Notes: generated by a model from the letters alone, not told the origin. A stretch of 63,026 nt of DNA, filler included, from Reticulomyxa filosa (GCA_000512085.1; 14 parts of 14 records of this genome joined end to end with filler, not necessarily neighbours in it); one strand, 5' to 3'. Shown: positions 41,083 to 55,087, counted from the whole stretch's first letter. Made by a program: numbers and translations.

Positions 41083-42114
41083 TCAAATATCAGCAATTTT
41101 GACTCCGATGGAATTCCAACGGACAGTCCAAACCGTATATCCATTGGCGACAAGTAGATCCTGGGCTTGTTGTTTATCATTAGCAGAAAGATGAAGATTT
41201 TCGTAGATGATAACAGGGGGTCTCAAATGTGCAATATTCATGAAGCTTTTCAAGACAATAAAGTCATAGCCTTCAGCATCAATGAGCAGCACATCAATGG
41301 TGCCATCTCTCACAGCCAAATTGCTTTGTTTGAACTCATGGACGACAGTATCCGGTGTGACGCCACGGACAGTGACTGTGTCAATATAATGATCGACGTC
41401 AAATTGCAATTCATTTCGCCGTTGCAATTTGGACAAGTGTTTGACAATGTGATTTTTATTAAATGAGCCAATTTGATATTTGAGCGCATGTGTTTCCTCG
41501 GGTTTTTCTTTGGCAAATTCATCGTTGACCACGTAAAAAGCCTGTGGACCATTGGCACTGGACAACGCTGCGTTCATCAAATACAGACGTTGTTTGGCGC
41601 TCGCCATGCTCGACTCGACATTGGCTTGGAGCTTTTCAAACAAAAAGGGAACCGGTTCCATCAACACGCCATGCCAATGGCTGTTCTGCAACAGTCTTTG
41701 CACCGGATCATTCGATGCCAGAAAATTCCCGTCACATGCCCCCACTTGGATAAAATTTATTCCCTCGTTTTCTCTTGTGTATACATCACTTAATAAAGAT
41801 AGCGTTTCCATGTCGCTTGGTAACTTTACGTCCCTCGTTTCCAGCTTGCTTCGGATCATCTCCCCGTATTCATAACGGAACTTTTGTTGCAAGTACGTAC
41901 TCCTGTCTTGATCCTTCGTTCCCTTGCTCGCATCTCCAAACATCTCCCCATTCCTTTTTGCATTTGTCTCATCTGACACTTTGTTTAAACCAAGAGTCGA
42001 TATCCCGTAATCCAGCAACAGCATCAAAAAATAACAAAGTACAACAAGTATTAATAAAACCAGAAAACCATTTCTTGTTTTCTTTGTGCGGTTTTCTTCT
42101 CTTCGAAGACGCAT
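41083..42114 (-). CDS. FkbM-family SAM-dependent methyltransferase with N-terminal membrane anchor, intronless
   Basis: FIQVGACDG, GVLMEPVP.LFEKL, NAALS, IDVLLIDAEGYD, VIIYE; transmembrane segment FLVLLILVVLCYFLMLLL. Confidence 0.9.
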   Translation of the reverse strand: MRLRREENRTKKTRNGFLVLLILVVLCYFLMLLLDYGISTLGLNKVSDETNAKRNGEMFGDASKGTKDQDRSTYLQQKFRYEYGEMIRSKLETRDVKLPSDMETLSLLSDVYTRENEGINFIQVGACDGNFLASNDPVQRLLQNSHWHGVLMEPVPFLFEKLQANVESSMASAKQRLYLMNAALSSANGPQAFYVVNDEFAKEKPEETHALKYQIGSFNKNHIVKHLSKLQRRNELQFDVDHYIDTVTVRGVTPDTVVHEFKQSNLAVRDGTIDVLLIDAEGYDFIVLKSFMNIAHLRPPVIIYENLHLSANDKQQAQDLLVANGYTVWTVRWNSIGVKIADI

Positions 42115-42440
42115 ACCTCAATTAACTCACAATTGATTATTAATTTTCTTTTTCAGACAGAACGTTGCAAACCAATCCAAAAAACAGAAAATATTGTATC
42201 GCAAGCATTTTACTAAAAAAATAAGAATTTTACAAAAATAATATTAATCCGATTTTTTTCTGCATAATTAAACGAGGTCAAATTAACTTACTTGACTTGG
42301 ATATGTAGTTTTGGCATTTGACTGCAGAACGGCCAACGTCGAGTTGTCAATCGGCAAAAAAATTATGGTTCAACGAAATAATAATTGTAATTTCAAATTA
42401 AATTCAACACATAAAATTCATTTTTAAAATGTATCAAACA

Positions 42441-43077
42441 TTAAACGTGGTCATTATTGTCCTTATTGTTGATGTTGGAAACCTCTTTCTCAATTCGGAT
42501 ATTTTGTTGGATTTTGTGAGCACAAAAGTGAACACTGACGAGCATAATAAAAATAATGAGAATAAAGATCAACACAGACCATAAGAAATAAAAAGTACCC
42601 AAGCCTGCCAAAATATTTCCCATGCCAGTTGGAATGATAAATTCTCCAACAGAGGAAGCAAATACCAACGCACTGCCATAACGGCCGGTTAGTTGAACAG
42701 ACTCTTCGGCCATGAGCAAAGTAGTAGGAAAGATGCAAGCCATAAAAAACCCAAACAATCCAGAGCCTGCCCATGCAACATGCATTTTGTCAATGCATAT
42801 AAGCATGACCACGCAGATTGAAACACACCCGGTCACATTGAAGTATAGTAATTGTTTGGGTGTAAACCTTTTCGACGTCCAAATCGAAGCGAATCGCCCA
42901 ATGGCCAAACAGCCCCAATAAGTACCCGTTACATACCGACTTACACTATTTGACGTATTCAAAAACAGAACGCAATACGTCGCAATATAGGCTCCATAAC
43001 TCACTTCTAGACCGACGTAGAACCCTTTGTATCGGATTGATTTACGTAGTATGATGCAAGTTGCATATTCCATTATT

Positions 43078-43108
<31 letters not shown>

Positions 43109-43700
43109 TCAAACAAATTTCATTTGTTTGTAATAATCACAAAACTTGTGCATGTGTATGTGCATAGATATGTAATCGAACCTAACAAACATCCACAGCC
43201 ACCAATGATACTCCATTCGGCACATTTGCTGATTTCATTAGTTTCAGTGGACACGCCAAGAGACTCTGCCGAAGTGTGTTTTGTAGCCAATTCATTAGTA
43301 GTTTGAGGAGGACTTGACGACACTGCGTGATTGGGCTGAGTGACTGCCAAAGTGTTTGTCGGTGATTCCACCCTCTCGGCTTTCTTTTTTTCCGGCTTCA
43401 TTGGACTCGGTAACAAAAGCAGCAAAACTGATACTGGCACATACAGCAATCCAAATATCCACGTCGAGGCCGCATAACTGTTTGATACATCTAAAGATAA
43501 TTGTATTAACAATGGACTGTATTTGGTCCATTTATTTGTTTGTGCGTGTGCAATGGGTACATATATTATATACACACACATATATATATATGTATATGTA
43601 TATATGGTTTGTTGTGCATGATGTTAGAAATTGGAGATGTGGGAATTGAATATTAAATATTAATACAACAAAATAAAAGAACAAATTTTATTTTTAAAAA

Positions 43701-43731
<31 letters not shown>

Positions 43732-44464
43732 CCTTGAGTAATGCACCAACGGCGAAAAAGAAATGTAAGGCTTGCATGTACGGACCACTTTCGTTTTCGG
43801 TACCTTTAACGGTGGTAGAGGCTGAGGAGGCGTCGGCTTGGGAGGGTCGAAACAATGCCAACAGACATACATTGCTCACACAATCGACGAAGGAGAGACA
43901 ATTGCCTTGGATGCAATAGTTGACGGCTAAAAACTCAATGGTGCGAATATATGGAGTGATGAGAATAGTTATGCCGCCTACAAATGTATTGATCGCCAAA
44001 ATGTTGTGCGAATGATAGGGATACATGTCCAACAGATATCCGGATGCCACACTCCCGACGACATATCCGAATGCTCGAAGTGAAAAGATCCACGCTATTG
44101 CCTCCAATGAAGCGTGCACTTGTTGCTGTAATAAGGATAGCATTGGACCTGGGGCGGCACTGATCAATCCCACTACGACATATGACACAAAATACACACC
44201 AAAACACCACTGTCGATACTTTATTAGTGCTTGTCTGTTCGTCGATATGTCGGATAGAAATGAAAACGATTGTACTTGCAGATTGCGCATTTTAGTCTCG
44301 AGTGGTGACAATGTTTGCTTTTGTCCTGCGTCGTCTTCTTTTTCTGTAACTGGATGTGCAAATTCTACATCGTCATCTGAAGAGGAATTGCTTGATCCAT
44401 CGCTACTTGAAGAAATTTCAACTCCATGCGACAGTTGTTTCGATCTATGTACATGATTTGACAT
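42441..44464 (-). CDS. MFS transporter, MFSD4/FucP-like; multi-exon
   Basis: GLISAAPGPMLSLLQQQV, GPYMQALHFFFAVGALL, FYVGLEVSYG, YWGCLAIGRF, FMACIFP; many transmembrane helices. Confidence 0.88.
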
Positions 44465-44886
44465 TGATATTTGGTAGCTTTTTGAAGTTTTGTTTATTCA
44501 CTCTTTCCCCTAAGTTTACAAAAAAACAGCTCTTCTACAACGATAATCAAATTTTTCCATGAAAATAAATAGTAATCCAATTTTTTGGAATATCTGTTAC
44601 TTAGTGCTTTTTTTAATTTAAATGTGTAGAGTTTTCTCTTAGAAATACTGTCACTGTAGTAATGTAATAATTGTAATAATCAATGTAGAATACACTAATG
44701 TGTTTTTATAATCTTTTCCGTTTTCATAAAATGTGGCAGTCTTTGAATTTTGTATTCAATTAAATAAAATTAAAATAATTTAAAAATTATAATAAATCTA
44801 ACAAAAACAAATTCTAAAAAAGTTGTAAAAATACCAATTAAAAAAGAATAACAAAATAATGTAAATTATCATTAAAAGCTTTATAA

Positions 44887-45098
44887 TGTAAGGCAAATCC
44901 CTATTGTACAATCTCAAATACTAACGGAACGGTGGGACCCGGCGGGTTAAAACCCTCTTCACAACGCAACTCACTTTTGTGTCTTCTTTACTTATTTTCC
45001 TTTATTGTGTTGAAATTATTTTTGTTAATTTAGTTTCTTTTTACTTTTTGGAACTAAGTTTCTTTCGTATTACAGTTAGTCGTTTCACTATTCCTACA
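44887..45098 (+). mobile_element. Solo LTR (212 bp) with 4-bp TSD ATAA
   Basis: TGTAAGGCAAATCCCTA...TTCCTACA flanked by ATAA at 44883-44886 and 45099-45102. Second copy at ~60498-60715. The terminus resembles the LTR at 35331. Confidence 0.88.
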
Positions 45099-45838
45099 AT
45101 AATATAGTACTATATTGTGACATCCTTGTGCAAAGTTATACAGCAAAGAAATGTTATTATCTCAAATTCTAGGAAATATATAAAAAATTTTTATAATCAT
45201 ATCTATGTTAAGTATAGTTTTTGAAAAGCAAACAAAATGTTTTACAATTTTTGTGATTGCAATAAAATTAAGAATAATCACTGTGTTGCAAAATTTACAA
45301 AAAATCATGAAAACCTCAATATTAACATATTTAAAAAAAGATTAAAATTTATTTTTCGTTGAGAATATGGCAGTTTTTAAAATTAGTTCAAAAGATTGCA
45401 CCGCACCAATTTTATCAATTTTATTAATCTTAATCAACACTATTTAAAAAATTTAACATAAAAATTGTTGGGCTGGGAAATGACGATTACGTTTTTTTAT
45501 CATTTTCTTTGTTCTATTTTTTCCGTTATTGAAAAATAGCCAAGATTTGAGAAGGCTTTGGTTTAGTTTCTTTCAAATTTTGCCGTGTTAATAAATTAAA
45601 GCAAAACCAATACCCAACATATTCGCCATTGGAGAACAGAAATCGGTGGTACACTATAGTTTTTTGATACCGAGAGTATAAAAAAGGACAAAGGAAATTT
45701 CAGTATTTCATTTGAAAACATTTAGTAAGGCATAGCAAGCTGCCGATAGTGAACAAAAAACCAAGGAATCGGTCATTGAAACACTCTAAAAACGACAAAT
45801 AATTCAATTTTCTTATTTTCCTCAAAAAAGCTTGCTTT

Positions 45839-46645
<807 letters not shown>

Positions 46646-47150
46646 TGAGTATTCTCACGCGGTGCGTCGTCTGTGTCGTCCATTCCCCAAAGCAAGTCCC
46701 CAACATTATTCAAATACAAAGAAGGTAGGAAAACAAAAATAAGGATATTTAACCTATTCGCGAAATACTCAAAGATTTTTTAATTTACAATTTTTCCCAA
46801 AAAAAAGATATCTTTTAATTCAGGTCCCCCCACTTTCACACTTTTGGCTTGTGTATGTTTTTATTGCATGATTTTTTTGTGCCTTCTTTAAATTAAATTA
46901 CGATTTTGTAACTTGTGAACAACAATCACTTTACTGGGTCAATAAGTTAGTTAATTTAATGGCAAAAAAAGGGTGAGCAGACGCAAAGGTACAATTTTAA
47001 AATCATAGATCACTTAATAATCAAAAATTTGTTTGATCCGAATTATACAACATTTTCAAGTTTGCACTTACTTTTGAACATAGCTAATAGACTAAATCGT
47101 GGGACGATGGATGTCACGAAAATGGAAGTGGAGAAAAAAAAAGTTTGCTA

Positions 47151-48780
47151 TTAAAATGTTAATACACGGGAGTCAATGATAGAGCCACGTTCAACAGCAA
47201 CGTTTCGAAGCCACTTCCTCCAGAGAACCTGACTGATCAAAGTGTCCATATTTCCAATGACAATAAGTCCACATCTGGCTCTGGTAAGCATGACGTTGAT
47301 TCGAGGCTGATCTCTTACAAATCCAATATTCTGCCAAAGATTCGAGCGAACAGCACTAAAAATGATGACTTCACTTTCATTTCCTTGAAACCCATCAACA
47401 GTGCATACATCGATTTTAGGTTCGATTTGCAGACGATTCAATATCAATTTTTGTTCAATCTTTGCTTTTTGTCCGCGATAAGGTGTGATGATGGTAATGG
47501 AGTTATTTACTTTGGAAGCTGGGTTTTTGACGGCATTGGCTATCCACGTGTCTCTATTTTCTTCCCAAATTTGTTGAGCAATTTTGACAACCAAGTCAGC
47601 TTCTTTTTCGTTTTCCACACTTTGCATTGCATTGCGAACCTCTTCGGACTCCACATGAACAAAGCATACTGGATAATCGGCGACCGGCCAAGGAAACCCT
47701 CTGGGGATGTGGCGTTCCAAATTGTCTGCTGTTTTCAGCCGTCCATCGTAAAATTGTCTCGAAGGGAACTCACTCAGTGATGCGTGCATACGATATTGAA
47801 TGTCCAAGAATTCGGCTTTCCGTCCATTTTTTATTAACCGTTCAAATAATGATGTTTGAAGACCTCTCTGTTTATATTATATATACATATATATATATAT
47901 AATATAAACAGAAGATAGTAATACCTCACAATAATTAAACACGAACAAACCTGCTTTGCAATAAAGGACAAGACAGTCGGCGGCAATTGTTGATGATCAC
48001 CAATAAGAACTAAGGATCCACCGTCTTTTAATTTTTGCAAGGGCGGCAGTATGCCAATTTCACTGCATTGACTCGTTTCATCGATCAAGACCAGGTCAAA
48101 TCGGTGTTTTAAGCTGCTTTTACTCCCAATGCAAGTGCATGCGATAATTGGAGTCTTCATCGCATCACGATATGATGATTGATTCCGTAGCAAAAGGTGT
48201 CCATATCCTTGTTCCTCCAAATCCGATTGATAACCAAGTCGAAGGCATTGCATTCCTCGGTCCGCAATTCGTCGGCACAATACGTCAACCGCAACATTCG
48301 AATAGCTGCAAATCAATACCCGACCTTTGGGATTTCTTCGAAAAAATTCTTCCACTATGGCCACTGCAACATGAGTCTTCCCTGTTCCGGGTGGTCCATG
48401 GATTAATGTTACTGGGCTTTTTTTTTTTTTTTTGCAATTTCATCACAAATAACAATTAAATATATACATATATATATATATTATAAAAATATGTATGCAT
48501 GTTGATTGAAACTTGGTGAGAGCCCACAAAACGGCATTTTTTTGACTATCATTTAATTGATCTGAGAACGATGAGGGAGTGGAATAAGAGGTTGTCAATG
48601 TGTTGGTAGAGAAATCAACAACGAAATTAACGGAGGGAGACGGCAGTATTGTGGGCTGTGTGAGATCTTCAAGGGACGAAGGGGTAAAGATTTCCCAGGA
48701 GCCGTTCAACAGCATATTGCTAACGTGAAGGGGATACGCGCCTTCAGTGGACACCAACGCAGCTAGTGCCTGTCCACCAT
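47151..48780 (-). CDS. SF1 UPF1/SEN1/DNA2-NAM7-like helicase (AAA_11/AAA_12); 5'-partial
   Basis: LNDSQKNAV, IHGPPGTGKT, SNVAVD, LIDETSQ, IGDHQQLPP, QYRMH, TVDGFQGNE, RINVMLTRAR. Confidence 0.93.
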
Positions 48781-48896
48781 TGTTTGGTTTGGTTTTGTTT
48801 TGTTTTGTTTGTTTAATAATTGCAACATTCCCATGGGCACATTAATGCACATAACACATATATATATATATATATATATATATTATCGAATTAAAA

Positions 48897-48996
48897 NNNN
48901 NNNNNNNNNNNNNNNNNNNNNNNNNNNNNNNNNNNNNNNNTTAATTAATTAANNNNNNNNNNNNNNNNNNNNNNNNNNNNNNNNNNNNNNNNNNNN
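48897..48996. other. Artificial contig linker
   Basis: N44-TTAATTAATTAA-N44. Confidence 0.99.
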
Positions 48997-49008
48997 ACAC
49001 ACACACAG

Positions 49009-50457
49009 GATGATATTAAAAATTTGAAATCAGAAACAGAATTAAATGAAAAAAAACAAAGTGAAGAAATTTCAAAGATACACAATGATAATCTAATCCT
49101 AAAACAACAGTTGGTATGTTTTTTTTTTTTTTTTTTGTCCATATGTCAAAATTTTAATAAATGATAAATCACATCGACTAGAATGATCAATTAATTGAAA
49201 TTGAACAATTGAAGAATAACATTCAAGTCAAAATGATTCAATTCATCAAATGAATGTTAATCATAACGAAGATAAAAAGAAGATCATTCCAATCATCAAT
49301 TATTGCAATCCAAATGCAATATATCATCGACATTCAACTTTGATTTGTTTCGTTCATCATCCAAATTATTCAATACATTCACTGGACACACTGACACTGT
49401 ATGGAGTATTGATTATTCAATATTTGATAATAGTCTGTTAATTTGTTCTGGATCAGAAGATAAAACTGTTCGTGTATGGGATGCTGACAACAACAAACAG
49501 ATTCAATCATTCAACTGGCATTCAAATTCTGTGCTTTGTGTGAAATTTTCACCATATCATTATCATAATCGTCGTCAAAATGTTATTTGTTCTTCATCAG
49601 CTGACAAAACTATTCGGTTTTGGGATTTCAAACATAATCGGCAATTGCAATTACTGGATGAACACACATATGCCATTTGTGGTATTAAATTTTCGCCATT
49701 TAATAGTGGTAGATATTTATGTTCTGGATCTGGTGATTGTACTATTCGTTTATGGGATGTTGAAACATATAAATTATTAAATATTTTCAATGGACATACA
49801 AGTACTGTTACTTGCATTGACATTTCACCATTACAAAGCAACAACAAAAGCTACAGTAATAAAAATGACAATACTGGTGTAATTGGTGGCAATGGATATA
49901 CCATTTGTTCTGGATCATATGATAAAATAATTCGTGTCTGGGATATTGAAACAACCAAACAATTAAATGTATTCAAGGGACATGATAATTGGATTTATAG
50001 TGTAAAATATGGATCAAATGAATTGAAGAATATTGGTTGTGCAAATACAATCTTATCTGGATCAAGAGATAAAAGTGTTCGTTTGTGGGATATTCGATCT
50101 GGTCAACAAATTCAAGTGTTCAATGGACATAGTAGTTGGGTATGCTGTGTTGAATATTCACCATTTATAGTAAATAATATTGAATTTGGTGGTAATTCAA
50201 ATGTGATATGTTCTGGATCTAGAGATAATACAATTCGATTTTGGGATATTCGATCAAATAAGAATGAATTGAATATAATCAAAGGAGATGAGAAAGATGA
50301 TGGAATATCATGTCTTACATTTGTGTCATTGAAAAAGAAAGTAAATAACAATGCTCAAGTATTAAATGATGATTGTGTTGTTAATTTATGTCACGGTTCA
50401 GTCAAAGGTCCAATTCATGTTCGGGAATTGGCACATGTGAATGAAGATTTATTTTGA
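49009..50457 (+). CDS. Coiled-coil plus WD40-repeat protein; 5'-partial
   Basis: About 7 repeats of GH...V...(ICSGS.D.T(I/V)R.WD). Upstream coiled-coil exons carry homopolymer frameshifts. Confidence 0.93.
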
Positions 50458-50931
50458 ATTTGCAAGAGTGTCTGTGAAACAAAAACATTGATAAAGTTTG
50501 TTGTTTTTTGTTGATAATTTTATTAAATACTTTTATTCCTTTTTAATTAAATTGTTATTAAAATTGCGATTGTGTTTTTTGGAATGTATTTTCTTTAACA
50601 TAAAGGTTTAGTTGGAAAAACATCGTGAAAAGAAAGTATTCAATGGACAATACTCAATATTTTTATAATTACATCAAATAACAAATAAGGCAAATTTGAT
50701 TAGTTTGGTATTTTATAAGAATGTGCAAAAGATTTTATTAAAACTAATTTGGAGCCCTTCCTTTATTGACCTAAAAAAGTATAAATATTTTTTGGTTTGA
50801 TTCAACAAAAATTGTTATGAAAGGAAGTATAAAGAGCATTTTTTGCACCAAAGTAACTGAACCAATGGACGCTCCAAACATTCGAAACTTAAAAACAAAA
50901 ATAACTTAATGAAAAAAAAACAACAAAGATT

Positions 50932-51417
50932 TTATGAAGATTTTCTCTGTTGAAAAATAATGTCATAATCAGTGGTATCTTGGCTTTCCACACAATACCA
51001 TTCACCATTTTTACTTTTACGAATATCTTGCCTGATATTGATCAACATTTGCCTCAATGAATATCCACTTTTGTATTTGGATTTGATAACATTTGCCATG
51101 CAATTACTCAACAATGAAAAATCAACAACTTGATGTCCTTGAGTAGTTGACCAAATGGTCAAAAATCCATCATCATTATGTCCATATAATGAAATAGCTT
51201 TGTTTATATTTGTTCCTTTTGTTGTTATTTTATGAGCCATTGGGATATTTTCACCACGACAAATATCAACAATAAATATTTTTGGAAAATCTTTGAAAGA
51301 TTCCATTTTATGACAATTAAATGTCGTGCGTATCTTGTCAATCGATAAAGAGTTTCCATCACTTGTCACAAGCATATTTTCTTTCTTTCCATGTCCACAA
51401 ATTATTATTATCAATCC
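50932..51417 (-). CDS. Caspase-like cysteine peptidase (clan CD, C14), C-terminal part; 5'-partial
   Basis: Catalytic dyad motifs IICGHG and FPKIFIVDICRG, followed by a p10-like DGFLTIWSTTQGH. Confidence 0.85.
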   Translation of the reverse strand, partial: GLIIIICGHGKKENMLVTSDGNSLSIDKIRTTFNCHKMESFKDFPKIFIVDICRGENIPMAHKITTKGTNINKAISLYGHNDDGFLTIWSTTQGHQVVDFSLLSNCMANVIKSKYKSGYSLRQMLINIRQDIRKSKNGEWYCVESQDTTDYDIIFQQRKSS

Positions 51418-51517
51418 NNNNNNNNNNNNNNNNNNNNNNNNNNNNNNNNNNNNNNNNNNNNTTAATTAATTAANNNNNNNNNNNNNNNNNNNNNNNNNNN
51501 NNNNNNNNNNNNNNNNN
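51418..51517. other. Artificial contig linker
   Basis: N44-TTAATTAATTAA-N44. Confidence 0.99.
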
Positions 51518-53401
51518 TTTTTTTTTTTTTTTTTTTTTCTCCATTTACATTTCCGTCCCTTTCTCCCCCCCTCAAAAAAAAAAACAAAACGAAACTCAAA
51601 ACAACAAACTGCAATTGCATAACTCCGAAAACGACAAAAATGCTCAGAGTTTTGAGCCAAACGGATTTGTAAGAGAGTGAAGTGATAGCCCACAAACTAC
51701 GTATGACTTGTAGAGTGACATACAAAGTGAACATGATGAGCAGGGCAATGAGACCGGCGATAATGTATAAGAGCAGCGAATACCCTGGGAATGTATGGAT
51801 TAGTTGATGAAGTGAACTGACCTCGCTCAGCATAAGTAACGTAATAAGCAAAACGAAAACGAACCCGCCCATGGCTCGAATGCCCGCCAAAAAGCAATCG
51901 TGCAATTTCAAACGGTTTTCATAAAATAAGCATGGACAACAACATATCCGGTCCGTGCATTGTCCAAAGCATCCATAATAATTCGCTTTGGATTGATATT
52001 TATCCATCAAAACAAAACAAAACAAAGAAAAGAAAATAAAAAAAAAAATATTAATTCACTATCCTCACACAAATGAATACGCAGTGTTTAAGTTTGTGTA
52101 ATTTACAATTTGCCGAAATTTGAACTTCCAGACTTTCTTCAACGACTCCTCGTCCGCCACAGGACAGTACAACAACTTGTAAATAGGCACCCAAAACTAA
52201 GAAGGAGATCAATTGTAATATGGGGTAAGTGTAAAGAAACAATTCCCATCCATTGCTGGATTTGTCTCCGATGGAAATGTAGAAACACAGCAATCCGAAA
52301 ATAGAATAGCAAGCGGGTGCATACAAAATAAACTGATATTTGCGAATTGCCAGGATTTTCTCCTTGTCGAAATATTCGATTTCATGCATCGAATACAATG
52401 ACACGTTGTTATGCACGTGGCGGTGGTTCCCAGTCTTTGGTTCTATCACCGCGCCGTCCAAATCTATTTCACTCACTTCTGTCATTTTTGTCTTTGCGAT
52501 ATGAGTGTGATTTATGCTCCCACTGCGACTGCATGATGAATGACTCCAATCACTTCCAACGTCACTAAACCTTTGTCATATGTTTGATATGCATATACAT
52601 ATACATATATAAATATAAATATACATATATAAATATACACATACATATACATATATGTATATGTACATATATAATGTTGCTTTCAAAACCTGCTCAAATC
52701 CCGATCTTTGATTGGTTCCTTGTCTTTTTCTTCAAAAGGAAGAGCCAAGGGTTCGCTTGAAATAACCGTGACCGAATCCAGTAAAGGGTTCCTTCTCTTT
52801 TTTGTGCCCCCACTGTATAAATACCGCACATATTTATCTTCATATGTTTGTAGGATCATATTCCTTGATAACTGTGACTGCTTGGTACCAGCCTTTAAGC
52901 CACTTCGAGTTGAGTTTGTGGTGTGCGTAACAACGCTCTTTCCACCCACGTCTACTTGTTCCGATGCCATTTGAACGTGATCCATTCGTGGTGCATCCAA
53001 CCCATCGTTTTCATATTTTTTGCTATAATAATGTTTTCCTTATTTGTATTTATTTTATTTTATATTTTATTTTATTTCATTTTATTTTCATTGACTCATT
53101 TATGCGCCTCACACAAGTCATCGAATATCCTCAAGCTTTTTACTCTGTTTTTTCCTTTAAAAAAAAAAAAATGTTTCAAATTGTGCGTGTGTTTTTTTTA
53201 ACCATATTTTTTTGTTTTTCTGAGCAAGTCATTGTACCACTCAATAACTTTTTCTCGACGAGTTTCCATGTAATCTTCCAATTTTTTTTGATCCGCATCC
53301 ATGACGACATCCTTGTTGGTCGCTTTCAAGTGATGTTTCCTGGGACTCGTTGCATAAGAAGTCAAATCGAACGCAGGAGGGGACTTGGCTTTTGACGCCA
53401 T
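51518..53401 (-). CDS. Multi-pass membrane protein, possibly OST-alpha/TMEM184-like; 3'-partial
   Basis: ILYAPACYSIFGLL, a Cys cluster ICCCPC, and K..SIFVVFGVMQLQ recall the Solute_trans_a family. Hydrophilic N-terminal exons. Confidence 0.5.
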
Positions 53402-53761
53402 TGTTTTCTGTTCTTCCTAGTCGTTTCGTGTTGTCATTTGTATGTTAAAGGCAAGCATTCCCAACATAAACAGACGAGAAAAAAAAAAAGAGGGATTGAC
53501 TATATAGCTATGGGATTATGTGCTGATTACAAAAAAACTCGAGGAATGAAAGGGCAATATAATATAGTGATGAGCAGAATCGGAGAGGAAGAAGAAGATT
53601 CCATCAACTTTTTGATCCTCTTCGGAAAACATCAGATCATGTTCTTTTTTTTCATAATAAGAGATAGCAGAGTATTTTATGACTTGTGTTTGTTCATTGT
53701 TTTTGGAATTGTAATTATGGCCATTTGGAGTTTTAAGAGGAGTTCGTTCTTGTTCACCTCC

Positions 53762-53788
53762 ATTTATATCATCATCGTCATCATCATC

Positions 53789-53832
<44 letters not shown>

Positions 53833-53845
53833 CATTATTATTATC
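53762..53845 (+). repeat. (ATC/ATT)n trinucleotide microsatellite
   Basis: Direct reading; it sits at a contig end. Confidence 0.9.
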
Positions 53846-53945
53846 NNNNNNNNNNNNNNNNNNNNNNNNNNNNNNNNNNNNNNNNNNNNTTAATTAATTA
53901 ANNNNNNNNNNNNNNNNNNNNNNNNNNNNNNNNNNNNNNNNNNNN
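53846..53945. other. Artificial contig linker
   Basis: N44-TTAATTAATTAA-N44. Confidence 0.99.
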
Positions 53946-54990
53946 ATTTATCCGAAACAGGTTGATGAAAACTAATTTGATGTACATCTTGAGGAGCATA
54001 GAGTACCATGAGAACAACCGAGGCAGCTACGTAAAAAACAAAGAGCGGGATGTTGCAAAACGACAACCTTCTTCGTAGGCAGCAATAGATAAAGTCAGTA
54101 ATGAAAGCCGTTATTCCAAATAGTAGCGCGAAAGTGATACAAAATTCACCTGCGCGTTCCATATAAAAATTTGTTGGGAAATATATGACTGCAAACCAAA
54201 GCATCATTCCCACCAATCCACCAATGGTAAAAAACAGAGTTGTCCACAAATCGTTGCAACAAGTCGTTTTTGAAAGAAGGCCTATTCACATGATCCCATC
54301 GCAATTGGAAAAGGATTTGCAATGATGTTATCCACGACAATATCCAAAATGTACTCGCAACTGGTACACCATGTATTCGCTTTTCGTAGATCGGCTCGCT
54401 GAGTTTGGACATGTATTTTTATAAAAAAAATAAAATTAAAATCCGACCTGTTATGCCACGTCCAGAACAGATACTTCAATCTCAACATATTAAAAGTTGA
54501 CCAAAGAGTGCCCGTGAGACAGATGGTAAGTCCAACAGTCCCGAGTTGGGACAGTTTGCACTTCCATGGCAGTGTGATCAAAGTATATGAAAATCACACG
54601 TACAAAGGCTCTCTTTTCCACAATAACATCACGTAAAATTGTGTGTGTGTGATAAAAATTTCCAATTTGTGAATTAAACAATGTAAAGCATTCTGAATTC
54701 TTTCCGTATATACTATAAACAATGATAATTATGCATGGTGAGGCAGTGTCAACATCTCCTTTCATTACTTTCCATAACTCTATTCCAAAATCTGCTATTG
54801 ATAACAAATTTGCAAACATCATTGTTTTGTATGCAAGTCTTTCACTACGTGTATCTTTCCAAATTGCTTTGAGTAAGATTCTATTCTCTATTTGTTTTAT
54901 TAATTGCCAAGAATAGTACAATCTCAACATTAGCAAGAATATTAGTAATATTAGTATCATTATTGTGCTAATTAGCGGAAATAAAATCAG
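53946..54990 (-). CDS. Hypothetical multi-pass (~7 TM) membrane protein; multi-exon, 3'-partial
   Basis: Successive minus-strand exons with hydrophobic helices (ILILLIFLLML, TVGLTICLTGTLW, TFWILSWITSL, LFFTIGGLVGMMLWFAVIYF, FALLFGITAFI, IPLFVFYVAASVVLMVLY). Confidence 0.6.
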
Positions 54991-55087
54991 TGTAAGTATT
55001 TTTATGGAAGATTAAAATAATATTGAAGTGAGTTTTTGAAAATAAGAAACAAATGTTTGACAGATTATTATTCTGTGGGGTGTCTAC

